DNA of 64,000 nt, from positions 5,728,001 through 5,792,000 of the forward strand of contig CP181291.1 in assembly GCA_052279835.1 (NCBI GenBank). The letters run 5' to 3'. Below the pieces are notes generated by a model. It did no database searches. It was not told where the DNA came from and saw only the letters and a program-made list of their open reading frames with translations. Shown piece by piece: positions 40,326 through 49,658 of the stretch. The stretch is from Microcoleus sp. Lineage in GTDB: Bacteria > Cyanobacteriota > Cyanobacteriia > Cyanobacteriales > Microcoleaceae. The position numbers and the translations under genes were made by a program. Within the stretch, counting starts at the first letter, position 1. Each line of letters opens with the position of its first letter.

Positions 40326-40949
40326 CTAAACTTCTGTCATCGCAACGATTTGAGCGATCGTTAATACCAACTGAGGAAACATTGGAGAAACAATAGTGGA
40401 TTCTCCTTGATATCGCAGTGCCTGATATTCACCATCGATTAAGCGGTTGATAGTCACCGTAGACTGTTTTGGAGAGCCAATATACTGAACGCCTCCCAAC
40501 CCTGCATAATCAACGATCCAATACTCCAGGATTCCTAAAGTTTCATACTCATTCAATTTGATGCGGTAATCATCCCGCCAATTCGTACTAACAACTTCGA
40601 TCGCCAAAGGAGGTGGAATATAGGCAGCAGCAGAGGCAGAACCTTGACGCATTCTAGCCCATTCTTCCTTGGCAAACACCACAATGTCGGCTTTACGACT
40701 CGATGCACTTTCGCCAGGGGCAGCGTTCAATCTGACTTGTTTATTTTGTCGAGGAACGTAGGGAAGGTTCAAGGATTGGCAATGATCCACCAAGAGACGA
40801 CATAAACCATCGACGACATCCTCATGTTTGGCTGTAGGTTCACTCAGGGGCCTGGCAACTCCATTGACTAGCTCGAATGACCTGCCGGATTTGTCATCCC
40901 AGTTGAGAAATTCCTCGAAGGAAAGCGTCTTTTGGGCGATCGCAATCAT
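40326..40949 (-). CDS. Uma2 family endonuclease
   Basis: ELVNG, IEVVSTNWRDDY, EYWIVDY. Confidence 0.92.
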   Translation of the reverse strand: MIAIAQKTLSFEEFLNWDDKSGRSFELVNGVARPLSEPTAKHEDVVDGLCRLLVDHCQSLNLPYVPRQNKQVRLNAAPGESASSRKADIVVFAKEEWARMRQGSASAAAYIPPPLAIEVVSTNWRDDYRIKLNEYETLGILEYWIVDYAGLGGVQYIGSPKQSTVTINRLIDGEYQALRYQGESTIVSPMFPQLVLTIAQIVAMTEV

Positions 40950-41041
40950 TGATATTAACCTTTTGCGTAGGTTGGCTCTCTGTTGTCTGTTTTTAGCTTA
41001 TCGCTTTCGATCGCCATTTTAGTTTGCATCAAAGGGGTAGC

Positions 41042-41377
41042 TTAGCAATGCGATCGCACCTGCTTTCTTGCTGCCTTAGCTGCCATCAGTCTATTGTACA
41101 AAGCTGGATCGCTAGTTTGTAGAGGTTGAGGCATGGCATCAAATGCGGCTTCTTCGGCGGCTAGGTAAGCATCGATTTCAGCGCGGTTGGCTAGATAAAA
41201 GGCGATCGCCCCATAAACCTGTTCCAGTGTCAGTAGTGGGAATGACTGAACAATACTTTCGGGCGATAGTCCTTGTTGGAAAGCATAGGCGATCGAGTCA
41301 AGAGAAATCCGAGTTCCTTCAACCCAATAGGCATCATTCCGATACTCTATGTAAGTTTTAACTGCTACAACTGGCAT
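41042..41377 (-). CDS. DUF433 antitoxin-like protein (orphan)
   Basis: GTRISLDSI...FPLLTLEQVYGAIAFYL. Confidence 0.88.
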   Translation of the reverse strand: MPVVAVKTYIEYRNDAYWVEGTRISLDSIAYAFQQGLSPESIVQSFPLLTLEQVYGAIAFYLANRAEIDAYLAAEEAAFDAMPQPLQTSDPALYNRLMAAKAARKQVRSHC

Positions 41378-41505
41378 ACATATTTTGGGATTTTAACTAC
41401 TTATTATAGACGGATTCGCTCTAGTTCGTCGGGAGTGAAATTGCGATCGACGAAAAACCAAGAGAGCGATCGCTTATCAATTGACAAAACGTCCGCTTCT
41501 CGATT

Positions 41506-41721
41506 TTATTGTCCGCGTCCTGGTTTGCAATCTACGAAACCTAATGCTTCTGTGTCGAGAAAACTGGCGATCGCCATTTCGATCACCGCTGCGATCGGAT
41601 ATTCAATTTCCGCAGCACGCGCAATTAGAGCCGCTTGAATTCGTTCTGGCAAACGTCTCAAAATGACTTCGGCATCAGCAGGAGAAAGTTGTTCTTGAAG
41701 TTTGGCTTGCATGGCATTCAC
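41506..41721 (-). CDS. Small hypothetical protein
   Basis: 71-aa ORF with AAAGG RBS, co-oriented with the array. Confidence 0.7.
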   Translation of the reverse strand: MNAMQAKLQEQLSPADAEVILRRLPERIQAALIARAAEIEYPIAAVIEMAIASFLDTEALGFVDCKPGRGQ

Positions 41722-41734
41722 CTTTCATTAATAG

Positions 41735-41855
41735 GCGAAATAGAGGCGTCTCCTCGGCGATCGTACAAACTCTGATAATCTTGCCCGGTTGCAGGTAAGC
41801 GCACGACAGAACCCGCAGCCCATTGAATTTTTTATGGTGAGATGAGGGCAAGCAT
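41735..41855 (-). pseudogene. Decayed 5' copy of Uma2 gene 38746-39378
   Basis: Aligns with about 39260-39378 and its leader; premature TAA at codon 8. Confidence 0.88.
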
Positions 41856-42073
41856 GGTCTAAGCTCGCTTTTGCAGCCATTGATTTTAATGATAACAAGA
41901 GTGGTGTGGGCGATCGCTCCTGGTTTTTAGTCCAAATAGGTGATGAACTAATACAGTTCAGTTAAGGCTAAAAATTAAAATTCACCTAGGTTGGGTTGAG
42001 GAACGAAACCCAACCTAGAGAATTTTATTTCGTTGTTAGGCATTCCGGGTATGGAATTACAAACGCTTCTGAC

Positions 42074-43102
42074 TTACCTGTAAGGAAGTTGATAGTCAGG
42101 GCAAACAGCATCTACTTGTATTTCCCAAAGTGTCATTAATTCTCCCTCCCAAGTCATATACTGAGAACCAGGAACCTCCAAAATCAAATCTGCATTCCCG
42201 TTATGACGGTGGAACTTAATATCTGGTGTTTTCTTAGAAAACTCATTTTGAAAGAATAGAGGTGGCAGCTTACTGACACGTTCTGCAATTGACTCTATGT
42301 CATATTGGGAGGCGGTATCATTAACCGCGACATCGCGAGGCAATTTTATTCCGTGAAAGTGACGAACCGTTCTGGCAATTGCAGCCCTCAAATGATCACC
42401 AACTCGGTAGAGATTTGCAAAGTGATAACGTAGGTCACGATTTAAGGAAATAGCGCTTATACCATCGGGATGAATTTCACAATCAGGGCCTATACGCCCA
42501 TTAGGTTGCATCCCCTCTAGAAAATACCCAACAATACGAGCATTTTTAGGAAAAGTTTGAATACCTTTCTCTACAGTACGTGCAACTATGCCACGTCCCA
42601 TTGAATACATCATTATGGGACGCAATTGACCACCATCGTGTTTAATCTTATTAACAATAGGAGCAAATGATTCTCTGTAGTCATTGATTGCATTCCGAAA
42701 ATCCTTATAAGCAGGGTGTTTTACCTTATCCAACCAACTGTCTGCCGATTTTTCCTTAACCTGGCTATTATAGGGGTGAATAACTTTAAGAATACCGTAG
42801 CAATCATCAATGTGAGATTGTAAGGCGTGTAGTAATCCTTTTTGTAAATCAGGCAGATTCTTTAAAGGATAATCTAAATCTCCATCAGCATTAAACAAAG
42901 CCATAGAAATCTGATCTATTTCATCCAGAACAGCATTGAAAGACTGCATTACTTTCTGTATGGAGAGACTGTAGATTGAGAAGGGATGCCGTTTGCCGTG
43001 ATCTTTATGATAGGTAAAGCTTTCAGGGAGAAGTTTTAGACAATTAAATGCTTTAGGGTGTAAGTTGCCATCTCTATGTGTTTTACGTTCGAGGTTCATC
43101 AT
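42074..43102 (-). CDS. Hypothetical protein, possibly HEPN-like or defence-related
   Basis: 342-aa ORF, AT-rich, no HIP1 site seen; NKIKH motif in a helical region. Confidence 0.75.
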   Translation of the reverse strand: MMNLERKTHRDGNLHPKAFNCLKLLPESFTYHKDHGKRHPFSIYSLSIQKVMQSFNAVLDEIDQISMALFNADGDLDYPLKNLPDLQKGLLHALQSHIDDCYGILKVIHPYNSQVKEKSADSWLDKVKHPAYKDFRNAINDYRESFAPIVNKIKHDGGQLRPIMMYSMGRGIVARTVEKGIQTFPKNARIVGYFLEGMQPNGRIGPDCEIHPDGISAISLNRDLRYHFANLYRVGDHLRAAIARTVRHFHGIKLPRDVAVNDTASQYDIESIAERVSKLPPLFFQNEFSKKTPDIKFHRHNGNADLILEVPGSQYMTWEGELMTLWEIQVDAVCPDYQLPYR

Positions 43103-43216
43103 AAGATCATAAGTGAGTCAAGTTTGTATTACAAGTGTAACACATTGAGTGTGAATTAAGAACTGCTAAACCCAAAGCCTGCCTCAATCGACATAACTAC
43201 CTGCTTCCGGTAATAA

Positions 43217-43573
43217 CTACGGTAAGGGGCGTTGACGAATTTGATCGCGCTCCACCACCGTAAACCATTCCTCAAATTGCAATCCTTCGGTTTGTAATAA
43301 ATTTAACAATATTGATGCTGGTTCTTCCGGTGTGTGAGGACGAAACCGCAAATAAATGACACCTTTTGGTGATCGCAGCCGCAAACGATAAATGAGTTCG
43401 CCATAATCGCGATCGAAGGTCAAAATCACCCTTTGCTCATCTGCCGCACGAGTCAAAACCTCGGAATCCTCAATTCCTGGAGAATCCTCGGTAATAGAAG
43501 CGACTTCCAGATCCGCTTGTCGTAGCAGTTGTACACTCTGAAGAGGAAAGTTTTCATTTGCCAGAAACCGCAT
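43217..43573 (-). CDS. DUF5615 PIN-like toxin
   Basis: MRFLANENFP, ILTFDRDYG. Confidence 0.9.
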   Translation of the reverse strand: MRFLANENFPLQSVQLLRQADLEVASITEDSPGIEDSEVLTRAADEQRVILTFDRDYGELIYRLRLRSPKGVIYLRFRPHTPEEPASILLNLLQTEGLQFEEWFTVVERDQIRQRPLP

Positions 43574-43818
43574 TAACTTGCCTCAGCAAACAGTAAAGGT
43601 GTGTAAAATACGTCTTCTTTGAGGCATTCCGCCGCAAAAGCAAACACTGCTTGGATAGATTCAGGATTAAGCGTTGGGTAGTTTTCGATAACTTGTTGTT
43701 CCGTCCAACCTTCTGAAAATAACCCTAGAATAAACTCCACTGATATTCGTGTTCCCTTAATTACAGGCTTGCCAAGCAGAATTTTAGGATTTGAGTGAAT
43801 GTGTGCTTTCCAGTTCAT
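43573..43818 (-). CDS. DUF433 antitoxin
   Basis: GKPVIKGTRISV...YPTL; TAATG overlap with the toxin gene. Confidence 0.92.
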   Translation of the reverse strand: MNWKAHIHSNPKILLGKPVIKGTRISVEFILGLFSEGWTEQQVIENYPTLNPESIQAVFAFAAECLKEDVFYTPLLFAEAS

Positions 43819-43880
43819 AACCAGTTCGCCTCTATGGAGTTTTCATCTATTTTAAAACCTTTGTCTTTAGCTTACTTCAT

Positions 43881-44471
43881 TTATCGCCCCAAACTCACAC
43901 CGCGATATAATTCTGCGATCGCCACTTCCAGCTCAATACTCTGTAACATCACTAAATCACCCGCATCATAAACCACCGTTTCCCAACGTTCTCCACCCCC
44001 ATCTTTCACCCGACGGCGACACTCCACTCGCATCTCATCCTGCGAGATTAAAACATACTCTTCCAAGGATTCCAACTGTCGATAATCCTCAAACTTATCA
44101 GTGCGATCCTCTTCGAGGGCTTCGCTAACGAACTTTTCCGTCGCCGGAGACAGCACCTCAGCAATCAACTTAGGATAACGCTTCACATAGCGATCGCTTT
44201 TATCTCGCGGATCGCACGTCACAAAGGCATCGGGATAATAGAAAAACTCACCCGCATAATTCACCTTCACATCACCGGAAAAAAACTGACAGTCCCCATC
44301 ACGCAGGTGAAAATTAATCGCCGTTAAAAAATTAATCGCGATACGGCTATGATCGTCGCTACCTCCCGCCATTGCGTAGACTAACCCGCGTCGATATTCA
44401 TGCCGGATAGTATTCTCATGTTCGATGGAAAGGTACTCTTCGGGGCTAAATCCAGAGGGGATGGCAATCAT
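43881..44471 (-). CDS. Uma2 family endonuclease (carries a 21-nt in-frame insertion)
   Basis: YAMAGGS, YYPD, AEVLSP, EEYVLISQD. Confidence 0.92.
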   Translation of the reverse strand: MIAIPSGFSPEEYLSIEHENTIRHEYRRGLVYAMAGGSDDHSRIAINFLTAINFHLRDGDCQFFSGDVKVNYAGEFFYYPDAFVTCDPRDKSDRYVKRYPKLIAEVLSPATEKFVSEALEEDRTDKFEDYRQLESLEEYVLISQDEMRVECRRRVKDGGGERWETVVYDAGDLVMLQSIELEVAIAELYRGVSLGR

Positions 44472-44544
44472 AGTATGGCTGGCAATTTTGATACTTTAAT
44501 TGTAGCGAGTATTGTCTGAAATCTTTGTCTATAGTTTACTTTAT

Positions 44545-45114
44545 TTATCGATCGAAATTCACACCGCGATATAATTCTGCGATCGCCATTTCCAGCTCAA
44601 TACTCTGTAACATCACGATATCACCCGCACCATAAACCACCGTTTCCCAACGTTCCCCACTCCCATCTTTCACCCGACGGCGACACTCAACTCGCATCTC
44701 ATCCTGCGAGATTAAAACATACTCTTCTAATGATTCCAACTGTCGATAATCCTCAAACTTATCAGTGCGATCAAATTTTTTAGTCGAAGGAGACAACACC
44801 TCAGCAATCAACTTAGGATAGCGCTTCACATAGCGATCGCTCTTATCGCGCGGATCGCACGTCACAAAGGCATCGGGATAGTAGAAAAACTCACCCGCAT
44901 AATTCACCTTCACATTACCCGATCGCACAGAGCAACCACTATCTCGAACCTTCTCGCGCAAAAGTTCAATGAGATTCAACGACAGTTCATCATGATCGTC
45001 GCTACCTCCCGCCATTGCGTAGACTAAACCGCGCTGATATTCATGGCGGACTGTATTGTCATGTTCGAGGGAAAGGTACTCTTCGGGGCTAAATCCAGAG
45101 GGGATGGCAATCAT
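44545..45114 (-). CDS. Uma2 family endonuclease (tandem paralog)
   Basis: Near-identical to 43881-44471 except for about aa 42-66 and the missing insertion. Confidence 0.92.
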   Translation of the reverse strand: MIAIPSGFSPEEYLSLEHDNTVRHEYQRGLVYAMAGGSDDHDELSLNLIELLREKVRDSGCSVRSGNVKVNYAGEFFYYPDAFVTCDPRDKSDRYVKRYPKLIAEVLSPSTKKFDRTDKFEDYRQLESLEEYVLISQDEMRVECRRRVKDGSGERWETVVYGAGDIVMLQSIELEMAIAELYRGVNFDR

Positions 45115-45143
45115 GGTTTTGCAGGCAAATTTGATAGCTTAAT

Positions 45144-45366
45144 TATAGCGATTTTCGACCACTATCAGGTATTATTTGTTCGTCCAAGGCAACAACATCA
45201 TACTCGTGTAATACCAATTTAATGTGAAGTTGCACATATCTCGATCCCCCTAAATCCCCCTTAAGAAGGGGGACTTTGAGAAGATTCTTGTCCCCCCCTT
45301 CTTAAGGGGGGCTAGGGGGGATCGGATTCTATGCAGCCTCATAAAAAATTGGTATAACGTCTTCAT
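45144..45366 (-). pseudogene. DUF4926-like N-terminal fragment interrupted by a MITE
   Basis: Removing 45212-45357 gives MKTLHEYDVVALDEQIIPDSGRKSL*. Confidence 0.55.
45212..45354. mobile_element. 143-bp MITE (family B), TSD TAA
   Basis: TAA|TACCAATTT...AAATTGGTA|TAA with internal CCCCCTTAAGAAGGGGG palindromes. Confidence 0.85.
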
Positions 45367-45379
45367 AATTATGATTATA

Positions 45380-45622
45380 CTATACTATAATAGATTTATT
45401 TGCCCGCCCGGCCATGTATCGATCGAAAGTTGTGTAGTCTCCAGCTTTGTAATCAGCACGAGCAGCTTGAATTTCAGCAATATCTTCTGAAGAAGCGTCC
45501 TCATTCGCGAATAATTCAGCTTCCAAAAATTCCCATATTTTGTATCTTTCAGCAATTCCCAGTGACGAAATAGCTTCCAGCAGTGATTGAAATGAGTCTA
45601 CTTTCACGGTATTCTCAGCCAT
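45380..45622 (-). CDS. Small acidic hypothetical protein (antitoxin-like)
   Basis: 80 aa; EIQAARADYKAGDYTTFD; GGAGG RBS. Confidence 0.7.
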   Translation of the reverse strand: MAENTVKVDSFQSLLEAISSLGIAERYKIWEFLEAELFANEDASSEDIAEIQAARADYKAGDYTTFDRYMAGRANKSIIV

Positions 45623-45653
45623 CAGGACTTTCCTCCACTTTTAATTTTATACT

Positions 45654-46163
45654 ATGCTAGAACCAAACCCAAAAATGGCAAAGCAACCGATGCCTATATT
45701 AAACCTCTACGAGACGGATTTCTACGCTTGGACACAGGAACAAGCAACATTACTCCGTAGCAAATATTGGAGTCAAATCGACCTACCAAACCTGATTGAG
45801 GAGATTGAATCTTTGGGTAAGCAGCAACGCCAGGAACTTCGTAATCGCTTGAGCGTGTTGATTGGGCATATGCTGAAATGGGAATATCAATCACAAAATC
45901 GTACTCGGAGTTGGCTGGCAACTCTTCGCATACAGCGTCGCGATACGTTACGGCTACTCAAAGATAACCCAAGCCTCAAGTCTTATCTTGATGATGCACT
46001 GCAAGAGTCTTATGAGAATGCCAGAGACTTGGCAATGGGAGAAACTGAACTACCAGAGCAAACCTTCCCTTTGAGTTGTCCTTATAGTTTGACTGAGATT
46101 TTAGACGATCGCTTTTATCCTGGTGAATCGAGTGAATTGGTAGATAATTCAGACTTTATTTAA
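45654..46163 (+). CDS. DUF29 family protein
   Basis: LYETDFYAWTQEQ, NLIEEIESLG, HMLKWEYQ, FPLSCPY. The true start may be a few codons downstream. Confidence 0.92.
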   Translation: MLEPNPKMAKQPMPILNLYETDFYAWTQEQATLLRSKYWSQIDLPNLIEEIESLGKQQRQELRNRLSVLIGHMLKWEYQSQNRTRSWLATLRIQRRDTLRLLKDNPSLKSYLDDALQESYENARDLAMGETELPEQTFPLSCPYSLTEILDDRFYPGESSELVDNSDFI

Positions 46164-46211
46164 GGGCAAATTAACGCAGAGGTATGAAAGGGACGATCGT
46201 TATGATTATGA

Positions 46212-46562
46212 TTAAGTGATAGCAATCAATTGACTTGGTTCTGCAAGTTCTTTTTGCAGCTTTTTACTAAAATAAATCACTTCATAGTCTGGCGCTAGTT
46301 CCTGACGTAGCTGATGCCATATACTAATTCCTTCTTGCTCAAAAGTCTCTTGAGCTTCCTCACTAGCGAACCCTGATGAAGCTGGATCGTTCCAATTGAG
46401 AGTTGCTTCGTAAATTGTGATCCAAGCAAGCAAGCGCCTGAGAATTTTTTGACTTAAAGGTAATGTCGTTGGTTCGATATTGCCAATTCTCCCAGGAGAA
46501 GCCCACCACAACGGATGGCTGCCATAGTCAGCATTTAGTTTAATGATTTCTTTCATGTTCAT
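46212..46562 (-). CDS. Putative immunity protein
   Basis: ADYGSHPLW...LPLS...TLNWNDPASSGF...EGISIWHQLRQEL; directly downstream of a toxin-like ORF. Confidence 0.6.
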   Translation of the reverse strand: MNMKEIIKLNADYGSHPLWWASPGRIGNIEPTTLPLSQKILRRLLAWITIYEATLNWNDPASSGFASEEAQETFEQEGISIWHQLRQELAPDYEVIYFSKKLQKELAEPSQLIAIT

Positions 46563-46572
46563 TCACCTTAAT

Positions 46573-46980
46573 TTATGAAAGGGAAGCGGGGTTAGCACAA
46601 ACTAGATAACCGTTGCTACCGACTGTCACTGCGATGAGCTGAATTTTACTCTTAAAAGTGACTTGATAAATTGGTCGAGTTGGAGATTGATAGCCTATAA
46701 TTTCACCGAATATCACAGCCTCCATCACTGCATCTGGGATTTCTGCTTCAGATATATCTCTTGCTGCAAAATCTCGCCTGTGATTGTTCACAATATGTTG
46801 GAGACCAGAGGCAGAGTTTCCTGTTTCCAAGAATACTATTGTACCATCAATTAGCTTGGCTATCCGAAGTATTGCTTCAGAATTATGTTTGATTTTGGCT
46901 TGCCTGAGTTCGTCAATGAGGGCGACTTTTTCCTCGCTCGGTTCAATAGGTTGTGAGATTTCATTTTCCGAGTTGTTCAA
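46573..46980 (-). CDS. Stand-alone polymorphic-toxin C-terminal-like domain (putative RNase)
   Basis: LETGNxxSGLQHIVxxHxxDF...VTVGSNGYLVCANP, recalled as resembling RHS/hemagglutinin toxin tips. Confidence 0.6.
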   Translation of the reverse strand: MNNSENEISQPIEPSEEKVALIDELRQAKIKHNSEAILRIAKLIDGTIVFLETGNSASGLQHIVNNHRRDFAARDISEAEIPDAVMEAVIFGEIIGYQSPTRPIYQVTFKSKIQLIAVTVGSNGYLVCANPASLS

Positions 46981-47066
46981 TGGCGATTACCTCTGTCCAA
47001 TTTATAAATATGACAAGAATACCCAGAGCCCCGACTTCTTTAAGAAATCGGGGTTCTAACAGAAAA

Positions 47067-48044
47067 CTACATCACAACTGCACTAATTAAAGTGTGCACA
47101 TTGTGGACAACAGCAGTAGTAAAGTTGTGAGTCGCAGGCAAACTATCCACTACGATTCCAGCGCACAATAGCATCAGATACAGAATAGAGTATTTAAAGA
47201 GCGATCGCGCCGCATTCTTATCCTCTGGAGTCTGCAACAGCAACCAAGCTTTTTGAGCAAAAATCGCTCCCAGGAAAATCGCAGTACCAGCATAAACCCC
47301 GCCAGCTAAATTCAGCGGATAAACTAGCAGCAAAGTTGCAGGAAGCATCAATAACGTGTAAATCCAAATTTGGCGGGCTGTCTCTTCATCGCCCTCAATT
47401 ACTGGCAACATCGGCACGCCTACTCCCTCGTATTCGTCGCGAATCATCATGGCTAATGCCCAAAAATGCGGCGGTGTCCACAGGAAGATAATCCCAAACA
47501 ACATCCACGCACCCCAACTCAAATCTCCCGTCACCGCAGCCCACCCAACTAGCGGGGGAATAGCGCCTGCTGCACCGCCGATGACGATGTTTTGCACGCT
47601 GTGGCGCTTCAGCCAATGGGTGTAAATTAGGACGTAGAAAATGATGCCAGACATGGCTAGCAATGCTGCTAATAAGTTGGCAACAACTGTCAGTAATGTA
47701 AAGGATATTGTCGCTAGGGCGATCGCAAAAATCAAAGCATCCCGTTTTTTGACACGCCCCGAAGGAATCGGCCGCCAGCGGGTGCGCTCCATAATATAAT
47801 CGATGTCGCTATCGTAAACACAATTAATTGTATTAGCAGACGCGGAAGCTAAAGCGCCTCCTGCGATCGTTGATACCAGCAATAGCGGATCGACTTCTCC
47901 TTTGGCGGCCATCCACATTCCTGCTGATGTGGTGATTAGTAGCAGTAAAATGATTCTGGGTTTTGTGAGTTGATAGTAACTTTTCACCACTTGCGAAAAG
48001 TTTTCGTGGAGGCGAGGGCTATTGTTTGTAAGAACTTCTTGCAT
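47067..48044 (-). CDS. ctaB: Heme o synthase (protoheme IX farnesyltransferase)
   Basis: LTKPRII, [24 protein letters not shown]. Confidence 0.96.
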   Translation of the reverse strand: MQEVLTNNSPRLHENFSQVVKSYYQLTKPRIILLLLITTSAGMWMAAKGEVDPLLLVSTIAGGALASASANTINCVYDSDIDYIMERTRWRPIPSGRVKKRDALIFAIALATISFTLLTVVANLLAALLAMSGIIFYVLIYTHWLKRHSVQNIVIGGAAGAIPPLVGWAAVTGDLSWGAWMLFGIIFLWTPPHFWALAMMIRDEYEGVGVPMLPVIEGDEETARQIWIYTLLMLPATLLLVYPLNLAGGVYAGTAIFLGAIFAQKAWLLLQTPEDKNAARSLFKYSILYLMLLCAGIVVDSLPATHNFTTAVVHNVHTLISAVVM

Positions 48045-48159
48045 CGGTTATTAATTGTTAGTGGTTAGTTGTCACTTGTGGTCATTTTTCCTGGGCTGTA
48101 GGGGCGGGTTTTACGAGAGATATTTATTGTAGCTGAAAAGATTAATAAACCCGCCCATC

Positions 48160-48209
48160 TTAGTCCGCAGAGGCGGACTTTGTTTGTGTAGTAGCGGTTT
48201 CAACCGCCG
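48160..48209 (+). repeat. ~50-bp double-hairpin repeat, copy 3, beside a GTAGGGGCG REP-like hairpin
   Basis: Homologous to 716-765. Confidence 0.85.
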
Positions 48210-48228
48210 ATTAATTAACGCGCCCCTC

Positions 48229-49140
48229 TCAAGCTGATAAAACCCGATCGCGCCACGACAAAACACTAAAGGCTACCAAGGTTCCCAACAAAGCAGCGCC
48301 GACAGCTTGGTGGGCGACTGTCAGGGGTTCTACCTGAAGGTGCAGCCGGAAAGTTGCCAATCCTAACACTAATTGAGCAATCAGGCAAACACTAGCCCAA
48401 TTTCCTAGTTTTCGCAAGTTTGCACTTAGTGCGGGCTGCCGCCAAGCCATGATTGCTACTGTTAAAGTGGCTGCGGTAGCTGGTACTACGCCGATGATGT
48501 GGCTGTTCATTACCGAGCACAATTCTGAGGAACCAAAACATTGGTGCAACGCCCATCTAGAGCCTACTAATGCTCCTAGCAAACTTTGCAGGTAAACTAA
48601 CAATGCTGCGATCGAACTTACCCAAGCTAATTTCCCGGTATTGCCTGTAGCTTCGTAGGGAGTTAGCATGAAACCGATTACTAACAGAGCGCAAAAAAAC
48701 AGTAAAGCTGTTCCCAAGTGAGCGGTAACGATATCAAATCTGAGCAGTTGTGTTACTGTCAAGCCGCCCAATACGCCTTGAAAAACGATTAAAAATAGTG
48801 CTCCAGCGCTGGCAATCGGGAGCCATTTTGGGAGGCGGTTGCGGTAAAACAAAGATAGTGCTAAAAGGGCGATCGCACTTAAGCCGATCGCCGCGGCATC
48901 CAAACGGTGAAACCATTCCAGAAATACCTGCAAATTCATTTGCGCTGCGGGGATTAATTGACCGTAGCACAGCGGCCAATCCGGGCAAGCGAGCCCCGCA
49001 TTCATCACCCGCGTCGCGCTACCTACGGCCATTAACAGCCAGGTGGCGATCGCAATTTTCCACACTAGGCCGCGGACAATATCTTTTGGCTGCCACTCCG
49101 CTCCTGCTGCGGTTGGCTGATTTAAAACTGAGTTTGCCAT
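48229..49140 (-). CDS. ctaA: Heme A synthase (COX15/CtaA)
   Basis: AGLACPDWPLC, EWFHR, multiple TM helices. Confidence 0.95.
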   Translation of the reverse strand: MANSVLNQPTAAGAEWQPKDIVRGLVWKIAIATWLLMAVGSATRVMNAGLACPDWPLCYGQLIPAAQMNLQVFLEWFHRLDAAAIGLSAIALLALSLFYRNRLPKWLPIASAGALFLIVFQGVLGGLTVTQLLRFDIVTAHLGTALLFFCALLVIGFMLTPYEATGNTGKLAWVSSIAALLVYLQSLLGALVGSRWALHQCFGSSELCSVMNSHIIGVVPATAATLTVAIMAWRQPALSANLRKLGNWASVCLIAQLVLGLATFRLHLQVEPLTVAHQAVGAALLGTLVAFSVLSWRDRVLSA

Positions 49141-49658
49141 GAATCTTACCTTAGCCTTTGTTATCGATGGAGCTTAATCAAATATTGATTTTTTTCCTGC
49201 TGAGTTTCTTCGAGTTTAACACTCTTTTTCTCTAACAAACCGTCCATCCATTTTAGATTTTAGATTTTAGATTTTAGATGGGATGACTGAAGAATTGACA
49301 TTATGTTACAAAAGATTTATGTTATTTTGCTAAACTTAAAAAAAGCTTAATCTTTCCCCTCAACCATTTATACTGATACCAATCCCCTCATGTCGAGCTT
49401 TGATGCCAAAAATAAAGATTTAATTAAGAAAAACTATTTATCAAATAATTGTGATAAATGATACTGAAACTAAAAATTAAAAACTAAACAGCATCAAAAA
49501 AATTAAAAAATAGCATTAATCACAAACTAAATTTAGCTGATTGTTCTACCCTAGTAGGGGTAGGACGGCTAGTAAAACCGCAGTCAACAAATTAAACAAG
49601 CCGTAAGCCAGCGACTCCTCAGTCCAGGCGTCGCAGCCCTTACTCAAGGAGTTGAAGG

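Noticed and set aside
37742..46990. Classical integron or prophage
   Set aside because: No tyrosine integrase, consistent attC-type site or phage structural gene was seen.
49141..49658. FNR/NtcA/CRP boxes in the ctaA-coxB spacer
   Set aside because: AT-rich sequence with only partial matches; no canonical site could be supported.
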